64,000 bases of DNA from Candidatus Beckwithbacteria bacterium GW2011_GWC1_49_16 (lineage in GTDB: Bacteria; Patescibacteriota; Microgenomatia; UBA1400; CG1-02-47-37): NCBI GenBank assembly GCA_001029675.1, contig CP011210.1:320193-384192 (forward strand), in the 5' to 3' direction. A program made the position numbers and the translations under genes. The notes below the pieces were generated by a model that ran no database searches, had not been told where the DNA came from, and worked only from the letters and a program-made list of their open reading frames with translations. Numbering within the stretch: the first letter of the stretch is position 1; every line of letters begins with the position of its first letter. Below, piece by piece: positions 48,505 through 55,279 of the stretch.

Positions 48505-49176
48505 TCAAATCAATGGGTTTTTCTCAAGGGCTTTTTGGGCGGCGGTTTGTTCGGCGGCCTGTTTGGAAGGTCCGGAGCCCAAAGCGAAACTTTGGCCCAA
48601 AATGACTTTGACGGTGAAGCTTTTCAGGTGGTCGGGGCCGCGGGTTTTAACTACTTGATAACGGGGGGCCCGGTGGTGACTCTTTTGCCAGATTTCCTGG
48701 AGCCGGCTTTTGTAGTCGGTGACTTTGGCATCTTTGACGATTTTGTCTAATTTAACCAGCAAATGGTCGGTGATAAACTGACGGGCTAAGTTTAGCCCTT
48801 GGTCCAGGTAAATGGCGCCAACGACGGCCTCAAAAGTATTGGCCAGAATCGAAGGTTTTGAGCGGCCTTGGGCCCTGGCCTCGCCTTTGGAAAGAATTAA
48901 GCGGTCTTGGAGTTTTAAGTTTTTGGCGGCCGCGGCCAAGGTTTTGGTTTGGACAATTTTGGCCCGAAGGTGGGTCAATTCCCCCTCTTCTTTTTGGGGA
49001 AACTGGTGGTAAAGGAAGTTTGAGACAACGATTTCCAGGACGGCGTCGCCCAAAAACTCCAGGCGTTCGTTGGATGAGGCTATTTCCGGGTGCTCGTTTA
49101 GGGCAGATCGGTGGGTCAAGGCTAGTTTTATGAGGTCAGCGTTTTTAAAAGTGACCGAGCCGACTTGGTTGATCAT
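48505..49176 (-). CDS. rnc: Ribonuclease III
   Basis: ALTHRS, NERLEFLGDAVL, FEA..GAIYLD, dsRBD. Confidence 0.96.
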   Translation of the reverse strand: MINQVGSVTFKNADLIKLALTHRSALNEHPEIASSNERLEFLGDAVLEIVVSNFLYHQFPQKEEGELTHLRAKIVQTKTLAAAAKNLKLQDRLILSKGEARAQGRSKPSILANTFEAVVGAIYLDQGLNLARQFITDHLLVKLDKIVKDAKVTDYKSRLQEIWQKSHHRAPRYQVVKTRGPDHLKSFTVKVILGQSFALGSGPSKQAAEQTAAQKALEKNPLI

Positions 49177-49526
49177 AGTTTTTTTAAGACGGAGCCCAAA
49201 ACGCCGTTGACGAACTTGGGGGTTTTATCCGTGCCAAAAAGTTTGGCGAGTTCGACGGCTTCATCGACGACGACCTTGGGGGGAGTAGAACTTTCTACGG
49301 TCAGCTCAAAAATGGCCAGCCTTAAAATTGCCAGGTCGACTTTGTTTAATTTGTCGACGGGCCAGTCGGGAGCAGAGTCAATTATCATGCGGTCGATTTT
49401 ATCTTGGTGGGCGGTGATTTTTCTGATGATGGCGGATTTTGCCTTGTTGTTTTTAAAACCCAGAGGAAAAAGTTTTTTGAAACGTTTGATGCGCTTGAGG
49501 TGCCTAGGGTCGGTGGCGGCTTTCAT
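49173..49526 (-). CDS. nusB: Transcription antitermination factor NusB (short)
   Basis: W..DKL..VDLAILRLAIFEL, DEAVELAK.FG, FVNGVL. Confidence 0.9.
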   Translation of the reverse strand: MKAATDPRHLKRIKRFKKLFPLGFKNNKAKSAIIRKITAHQDKIDRMIIDSAPDWPVDKLNKVDLAILRLAIFELTVESSTPPKVVVDEAVELAKLFGTDKTPKFVNGVLGSVLKKL

Positions 49527-49679
49527 TTAGTAGCGGTGGCAGTTGGGACAAGCCACGTGAGTAGACTTCATTTGGCCGCAATGGGGACACTTTACCAGGT
49601 TGGGTAAAGATTGCTTTTGGGATCGGCGGCGCTTGCCGCGTCTTCGGGATGAAATTCTTCTTTTTGGTAGTGGTGGCAT
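49527..49679 (-). CDS. rpmF: 50S ribosomal protein L32 (absent from the ORF track)
   Basis: Translated by hand: MPPLPKRRISSRRRGKRRRSQKQSLPNLVKCPHCGQMKSTHVACPNCHRY*. Confidence 0.93.
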   Translation of the reverse strand: MPPLPKRRISSRRRGKRRRSQKQSLPNLVKCPHCGQMKSTHVACPNCHRY

Positions 49680-49680
49680 A

Positions 49681-51717
49681 TTAGTTTGGGGCTACAGTGG
49701 TTATTTTACGGCTTTTGAGCTTGGTCCGCAAGGCGGAGGGAAGTTTTTTGGCTACGGTTTCGGCGGCCCGCAAGGTTTTGAGGATAAGTTTTGTGTCTGA
49801 AAGCGAGGCTAACTTCAGTTCTAAATGCCCATGTTGTTTGACGCCGTAAAGTTGGCCGGGGCCGCGAAGTTTCAAGTCGATCTCTGCCAGTTTCAGGCCG
49901 GAGTCCACGGACTCTAAGTATTTTAAGCGTTTGATGGTAGTGGGATTTTTGGCGGAGGTGAAGAGTAAGCAGTAGGAAGGTTTTTGGCCCCGGCCGACGC
50001 GGCCACGTAGTTGGTGGAGTTGGGCCAGACCGAAGCGGTCGGCGTCTTCGACCAGCATAATGGTTGCGCCCGGTATATCGAGGCCGACTTCGATGACCGG
50101 GGTGGTGACTAAAATGTCGGTCTTGCCTTGGGAGAAGTCAGCAATCACCCGTTTTTTCTCAAGAGATTTTAACCGGCCGTGAAGCAGACCCAAACGCAAC
50201 CGGCTAAAGACCTGGCTTAGTTGGTTATACTCGGCAGTGACGTTTTTGATGTCGGATAATTTTTCTTTGCTTGATTCTTCGATTAAGGGGCAGACGACGA
50301 AGGCCTGGGCCTTACCAGCGGTAATTTGACCGTCAATCCAGCGGTAGGCGGCCGGTCTCTTTTGGGGCGGAACCACCCAGGTTTTGACAGGCATTCTCCC
50401 CGGAGGCATCTCGTCTAGAAGTGATAAATCTAGGTCGGAGTAAAAAGTCAGAGCCACGGTGCGGGGAATGGGAGTGGCGGTCATGGTCAAAAGATGAGGG
50501 GTAACTTTAGAGTTTAGCAAAAGTTGGCTTCTTTGTTTGACGCCAAAGCGGTGTTGTTCGTCGATGACCACCAGGCCGAGCTTAACAAAATTTAATTTTT
50601 TAAACAGCAGGGCGTGGGTGCCGATGAGAAGGTCAGAGTCTCTAAGTGCCTGGGGCGATGTTTTGCTGGCGGAGGTGACCAGGACAAGTTTGACCGGGGT
50701 ATGGGCGAAGACGGTCTTCAGAGTATCAAAATGCTGGTTGGCTAAAATCTCGGTCGGGGCTAGAAGCACCGATTTAAAGCCGTTTAAAAAGCTGACATAG
50801 ATGGCGGCGGCGGCTACGACTGTTTTGCCGGAGCCGACGTCGCCGGCGAGCAAGCGGTTGGCGGGCTTGTCTTTTTCAAGGTCTGACAAGATTTCTTTTA
50901 AGGTACGGTTTTGAGCCAGGGTGAGTTTGAAGGGAAGGCGGGCAATAAGCGAGAGCACCTTTTCCTGGTCGATTGACAGACTGTGGGCCAGTTTTTTTTC
51001 CTGCCAACGCTTTTTGGTAATTAAGGCCTCAAGTTGAAGCAGAAAAAGTTCGTCGAACTTAAGCCGGTTTTGGGCAGACTCAAGCTCTTGGCTGCTTTTG
51101 GGGAAGTGGATGTTTTTTAGCGCAGTGGTTAAGCCGGTGAGGCGGTTTTTGACGGTAATTTTTTCCGGCAGGAAGTCTGGTGTGGGTAAGAGGTTGTCGA
51201 GCAAAAACTTGATTCTTGATCTTAACCATTTGGACGAGACGCCAGTGGTTTCCGGGTAGACGGGTACCAGGCGGCCGGTATGGATTAATGGACTCCTGGG
51301 GGGTGGTTTGATGAGCTCATATTCAGGTGACTTTAAAGTTAACTTAGCGCCGAAGCGGTCGACCGGGCCGGAGAGGGCGACAGCCATTCCCGGTTTTAGG
51401 CTTTGAGGGATAAAAGGCTGGTTGAACCAGGTGGCTTCGATGGTGCCGCTGTCGTCCTCTAGTTTTACCTTTTGGATTTTTTTGCCGCGAGGAGTTACGA
51501 GGTTGGCGGCAGAAACTACTTGGCCTCTGACGGTGACGCTGGCACCTTCTTGAACTTTAGAAATTTTAGTTACCAGGCTGCGGTCTAGATAGCGAACCGG
51601 ATAGTGGTGGAGTAAGTTTTCGGCGGTAAAAATGTTCAATTTTTTTAATCTGCTGGCGTAGGCCGGCCCGATCATGAAGATTTGGTCGGTCGGAGTCTTC
51701 AGGGTGAGTTTTGGCAT
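49681..51717 (-). CDS. recG: ATP-dependent DNA helicase RecG
   Basis: Wedge OB domain, GDVGSGKT, DEQHRFGV.QR, MTATPIPRT, QLHQLRGRVGRG; start probably ATG 51717. Confidence 0.95.
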   Translation of the reverse strand: MPKLTLKTPTDQIFMIGPAYASRLKKLNIFTAENLLHHYPVRYLDRSLVTKISKVQEGASVTVRGQVVSAANLVTPRGKKIQKVKLEDDSGTIEATWFNQPFIPQSLKPGMAVALSGPVDRFGAKLTLKSPEYELIKPPPRSPLIHTGRLVPVYPETTGVSSKWLRSRIKFLLDNLLPTPDFLPEKITVKNRLTGLTTALKNIHFPKSSQELESAQNRLKFDELFLLQLEALITKKRWQEKKLAHSLSIDQEKVLSLIARLPFKLTLAQNRTLKEILSDLEKDKPANRLLAGDVGSGKTVVAAAAIYVSFLNGFKSVLLAPTEILANQHFDTLKTVFAHTPVKLVLVTSASKTSPQALRDSDLLIGTHALLFKKLNFVKLGLVVIDEQHRFGVKQRSQLLLNSKVTPHLLTMTATPIPRTVALTFYSDLDLSLLDEMPPGRMPVKTWVVPPQKRPAAYRWIDGQITAGKAQAFVVCPLIEESSKEKLSDIKNVTAEYNQLSQVFSRLRLGLLHGRLKSLEKKRVIADFSQGKTDILVTTPVIEVGLDIPGATIMLVEDADRFGLAQLHQLRGRVGRGQKPSYCLLFTSAKNPTTIKRLKYLESVDSGLKLAEIDLKLRGPGQLYGVKQHGHLELKLASLSDTKLILKTLRAAETVAKKLPSALRTKLKSRKITTVAPN

Positions 51718-51821
51718 CACAGGCCGTAAAACAGGGGTAGAAGCGAGGTTAAAAGCAGGCCGACGCTGGCGATGGCCACCAAAATGGTCCAAAGCAGGCG
51801 CTGTTTTTTGGTCAGCCTCAT
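51717..51821 (-). CDS. 34-aa single-TM small protein (absent from the ORF track)
   Basis: MRLTKKQRLLWTILVAIASVGLLLTSLLPLFYGL*; ATGA overlap with the tyrS stop and TGATG overlap with the recG start. Confidence 0.7.
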   Translation of the reverse strand: MRLTKKQRLLWTILVAIASVGLLLTSLLPLFYGL

Positions 51822-53011
51822 GTTTTCTCAATCTTAACTTTTCTAAAATCTCTTTTTCCAAATTTAATTACTTCCCCGCCCTTGTACTTTATTTGTTGTT
51901 TGGGGTTGGTAATTTTTTTATTGTCTACAGAAAATCCTCCTTGTTGAATAATTCTTTTAGCTTGAGAGTTACTTTCAGCCAGCTCAGCCTGAGTTACCGT
52001 TCCTAGCGAAGTCAGAGTAGGTCTAGATGGATAAAATAGTACAGTGTTTTCTGGAGCTTGTTTTTTTTGAGTGACTGTCTCGAAATAATGTAAAGCTTCG
52101 TTTGCCTTTATTTGTCCGTGGAATTGGGAAGCGATAGCGTGAGCAAGATTCTTTTTTACCGAAATCGGGTCGGATCTGCCTTGTTTTAAATTTTGTTTTA
52201 GTTGTTTGATTTCTTCCGTGGGTTTATCTGTAAAAAATTCGAAATAATTAGGCATGAGATCGTCTCTAATTTTCATTATCTTCCCGAACATGTCATTGGC
52301 AGAATCAGTTAGCCAGATACAATTGCCTGAGGTTTTACTCATGGGCTTACCGTCAGTTCCCGTTATCATATGAGTTATTAAAACGAACTTTTCTCGGTGA
52401 TTTATCTTTTTTTGTAACTCTCGTCCCATGAGCATGTTAAATTCTTGATCAGTACCGCCGATTTCCAAATCCACATCCATAGCGACAGAATCGTAGCCTT
52501 GAAGCAAAGGGTACATGGTTTCGTGGTACCAGACAGTACTTCCTTGTTCAATTCTTCTTTGGAATGATTCGCGCTTAAATAGTTGAACCGCAGTCACTTT
52601 TGAGGCGATGTTAACGATGTCTTTTAAGGTCAGCTTTGTGAGCCAGTCGCCATTTTGTTTAATTTCAATTTTGTTGAAATCGATAATTGGCTTTACTTGC
52701 TGTTCCCAGGTTTTGATATTTTGTTCTATGATTTTTTGAGAAATGGTCTTTCTAGCCTCTTTTCTTAATGATGGGTCGCCGACTAAGACAGTGCCAGTGC
52801 CAAAAAGAAGAATAGCCTCATGACCAGCATCGGCGAAATCCTGAAGGGTTCTTAGCCCTATTGTATGCCCAAGATGCAGTTTGGTAGAAGTAGGATCAAC
52901 TCCAAAGTACACCCTTATTTTCTTTTTTGACATCAGCCTTTCTAAGCCATCTTTATTAGGGAGGATTTTGGCTACTCGTCTTTCTAGGATATCGGAAGAG
53001 TTATTTCTCAT
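51818..53011 (-). CDS. tyrS: Tyrosine--tRNA ligase
   Basis: Y.GVDPT...LHLGH, YPLLQGYD, GGTDQ.FN, KPMSKT, C-terminal S4 domain. Confidence 0.96.
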   Translation of the reverse strand: MRNNSSDILERRVAKILPNKDGLERLMSKKKIRVYFGVDPTSTKLHLGHTIGLRTLQDFADAGHEAILLFGTGTVLVGDPSLRKEARKTISQKIIEQNIKTWEQQVKPIIDFNKIEIKQNGDWLTKLTLKDIVNIASKVTAVQLFKRESFQRRIEQGSTVWYHETMYPLLQGYDSVAMDVDLEIGGTDQEFNMLMGRELQKKINHREKFVLITHMITGTDGKPMSKTSGNCIWLTDSANDMFGKIMKIRDDLMPNYFEFFTDKPTEEIKQLKQNLKQGRSDPISVKKNLAHAIASQFHGQIKANEALHYFETVTQKKQAPENTVLFYPSRPTLTSLGTVTQAELAESNSQAKRIIQQGGFSVDNKKITNPKQQIKYKGGEVIKFGKRDFRKVKIEKT

Positions 53012-53831
53012 GTATTGAATCAATTATAGACTGTATTTTTTCTTCTAATGGTACTTTACTCTGAAAAGGTTCAACTAACTTCTCAAATAATATTGTAATA
53101 CGTTTTAGATGGTTTTTCACTGCTGAAACTTGGCGCGGATCAAATTGAGATTGGCTGATCTTTCTTGGCATGTCTTCTTTAGGCCAAAGAGTAATTCTGG
53201 TTTTTGGGTCGGTACAAATGTATGGGCTTTCGTGTGGTTTTTTTATATCGAGAGTTAGACCGGGCTTGATGAAAAGTGACTTTATCGGTAGTTTGATTAG
53301 ATTGTCGAAGTGTGCCTCATCGCTTTTGTGGTGTTTTTGGCCAGATGAGAATTTCCAGCCGACTTTGATGCCAGTATTAAGTATGTTGAAGAAGTGATTA
53401 ATATCTCTGAGTTCCAATTGTTCATAAGATAGCTCGCGATTTTCGAGAAAGAGCTGTGAAGCAAGTGTCACTTGCCAGTTTTTGAGCTTGAAATTTTTTA
53501 TGATTTTCATTATGGTTTCGGTTTGGATTTTAGCTATTCTTTCGGCCTTGGTTTTTGAGAGATGATTAGCTAACCAGGCGTGTTGATCGGCAACTAACAA
53601 AAACACTTTTGAATTCGAAATAAGTGTTTTTATAAGTTCTGCAGAGAGAATAAAACCGATTATGTCAAAAGGAACAGCCAGAGACAATTGAGAAGGGGTA
53701 CATATGCCGCATCCAATAAAGATATTGTTTTTACCTTTTTTTACTTCAACACTCCCCTGCCCTGAGAAGAATAGAGGGTTTTCGTCTAGCTTTTTTTCTG
53801 GTATTACTAGTTGATCTAGTTGATTTTTCAT
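53001..53831 (-). CDS. Hypothetical protein resembling a degenerate class Ic aaRS (TyrRS) / CDPS-like Rossmann domain
   Basis: IFIGCG, VFLLVADQHAWLAN (cf. archaeal TyrRS ILLADLHAYLN), SYEQLELRDI (cf. YPxMQxxDI and CDPS YxxxE); no HIGH or KMSKS. Confidence 0.5.
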   Translation of the reverse strand: MKNQLDQLVIPEKKLDENPLFFSGQGSVEVKKGKNNIFIGCGICTPSQLSLAVPFDIIGFILSAELIKTLISNSKVFLLVADQHAWLANHLSKTKAERIAKIQTETIMKIIKNFKLKNWQVTLASQLFLENRELSYEQLELRDINHFFNILNTGIKVGWKFSSGQKHHKSDEAHFDNLIKLPIKSLFIKPGLTLDIKKPHESPYICTDPKTRITLWPKEDMPRKISQSQFDPRQVSAVKNHLKRITILFEKLVEPFQSKVPLEEKIQSIIDSIHEK

Positions 53832-53833
53832 AG

Positions 53834-53919
53834 TGCTGAGGGAGGGATTTGAACCCCCGTAGCTCGAGCGAGCAGCTGTTTTACAGACAGCTCCGTTTTC
53901 CAGGCTCCGGCACCTCAGC
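53834..53919 (-). tRNA. tRNA-Tyr(GTA), atypical sequence
   Basis: GCTGAGG/CCTCAGC acceptor, GCTGT-CTGTAAA-ACAGC anticodon arm, long variable arm with GCTC/GAGC stem, GGGGG-TTCAAAT-CCCTC T arm, A73, no encoded CCA. Confidence 0.92.
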
Positions 53920-53923
53920 TAAC

Positions 53924-53970
53924 AAAAAAGCCCTTGAATACACCCAAAACTTTGGATGTATTCAAGGGCT
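53924..53970 (-). terminator. T-box intrinsic terminator
   Basis: AGCCCTTGAATACATCCAAA/TTTGGGTGTATTCAAGGGCT long hairpin plus T-run, ending 4 nt before the tRNA. Confidence 0.9.
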
Positions 53971-54155
53971 CCCGATGGTTAGATCGAGGACGGTACCACC
54001 TTGTTTCGTCCGACGTTACGTCGGACCTCATTGTTGACGTGCTCTGTTATGGTCCGACGCTGCGGCCGGACTGACACACGCTAGTTCTATGACGGGAACT
54101 CCCGTCGCTGATTTTGTCAGCGCTGCTCCGGAGTGTAAAAATTCTCCTTCGTCGC
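53924..54155 (-). ncRNA. Tyr T-box riboswitch leader
   Basis: T-box AAGGTGGTACCG (54002-53991) pairing with CCTT in the terminator 5' arm; Stem III GTCCGACG-TAA-CGTCGGAC; GTTC-CCGTCATA-GAAC stem IIA/F-box-like; short Stem I GGAG-AATTTTTACA-CTCC with TAC specifier (54137-54135). Confidence 0.88.
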
Positions 54156-54181
54156 TTTGTTAGCTTGTCAAAGTAGCCCCA

Positions 54182-54210
54182 ATTATACCACAGAATTCAG
54201 TTTTTCTCAA
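54182..54210 (-). promoter_or_regulatory. Promoter of the T-box/tRNA-Tyr/tyrS operon
   Basis: TTGAGA (54210-54205), 17 bp, extended TGgTATAAT (-10 at 54187-54182). Confidence 0.75.
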
Positions 54211-54625
54211 GGGGTTTTATCAGGCAACGGTTGATGCCGCCGAGACGATAGCCTCTTTTTTTGTAAAAGCTAACCAAAACTTTATCGTCATTCTCAACAA
54301 AAAGAATAACAGTTTTAAAGCCTTGTTTTTTGAGTAAGGTTTCAGCTTTTTTTAGGAGTTTTGAACCATGGCTTTGTTGGCGGAATTTTTTACTAATGGC
54401 AAATCTAAACAATAAACTTACCCAATGGTCTTTAATCAGGTAGATACAGCCAATGATTTGCTTGTTGATGTCGGCGACTAAAATTGAGTCGGGTTGATGG
54501 GTAATTTTTCTATCAAGCCTTTGTTTTGTATCTGATCTAGGGCTAAATAGACCAGCTTCAATCAATATTGATTTGACAGCCTGATAATCAGACGGCTGGT
54601 AGTTTCTAATTACTGTTTTAACCAT
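54197..54625 (-). CDS. GNAT-family N-acetyltransferase
   Basis: IRNY...D, LVA....IIG, FAISKKFRQQSHGSKLL, FYKKRGY. Confidence 0.85.
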   Translation of the reverse strand: MVKTVIRNYQPSDYQAVKSILIEAGLFSPRSDTKQRLDRKITHQPDSILVADINKQIIGCIYLIKDHWVSLLFRFAISKKFRQQSHGSKLLKKAETLLKKQGFKTVILFVENDDKVLVSFYKKRGYRLGGINRCLIKPLEKN

Positions 54626-55224
54626 TTGACTCCGAGGTAGGTCAGCGGGGTTTCTACCACCGACATGAAGCATTTAAGCAGCCAATATGGCCAGATAAGA
54701 GAGAGAATGAAAGTAAAGTTGTCAGGGGCGTAAAAGGCTAAAAACATAAAAATAGTGGTGTCAAACAACTGGCCTGAAAAGTTTGACAGATTGTTTCTAA
54801 GCCAGAGGCGCTTTTTGCCCAGTTTTTGACGAATTTTTGAAAAGATGTAGATGTCGAGTTGCTCTGAAATGAAAAAAGCGGTGAGGGAGGCGAAGATGAT
54901 GCGTAGAGATTTGCCGAAAATCAGCCGGTAGGGATCATTGTCGTGGTAGCGACTGGCGGGTGGTAGGAGAATAGCCAGTAAGGTAAAAGCGGCCAAGCCC
55001 AAAAGCACATAAAAGGTGGAGCGGACAAAGCTTCTGGCTCGAGCTTTGCCGTAGACCTCGGAAACGACGTCATTGATGGAAAAGGTTAAGGGAAAAACAA
55101 AGATAGCTACGGAGGCGTTGATGACGTCAGCCACGGTGAAGATTTTGCTGCCTAAAAGTTCGGCGGCAATCACCGCAGCGACATAAATTGCCAGTAACAG
55201 ATCGAGTTTTTGGGTTTTACCCAT
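54610..55224 (-). CDS. Queuosine precursor transporter (YhhQ/DUF165 family)
   Basis: FPLTF.INDVVSEVYG...AR, RI..ASL.AF.ISEQLD, LWLRNN.SN..GQ..DT..F. Confidence 0.85.
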   Translation of the reverse strand: MGKTQKLDLLLAIYVAAVIAAELLGSKIFTVADVINASVAIFVFPLTFSINDVVSEVYGKARARSFVRSTFYVLLGLAAFTLLAILLPPASRYHDNDPYRLIFGKSLRIIFASLTAFFISEQLDIYIFSKIRQKLGKKRLWLRNNLSNFSGQLFDTTIFMFLAFYAPDNFTFILSLIWPYWLLKCFMSVVETPLTYLGVKWLKQ

Positions 55225-55279
55225 GAGGGGTATTATAGCAGGTTTGCTTTTCTTTGCCAGGGTTTGCTAGACTTTTACT

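Noticed and set aside
51718-51861. 48-aa N-terminal extension of RecG in the ORF track
   Set aside because: Overlaps tyrS and is better explained by the coupled 34-aa ORF in another frame
53849-54037. 62-aa ORF on the + strand
   Set aside because: Antisense shadow of the tRNA-Tyr and the T-box terminator
55225-55279. preQ1 riboswitch upstream of the YhhQ-like transporter
   Set aside because: A -10 box lies 7 nt from the ATG, leaving no leader, and no preQ1 aptamer motif is visible
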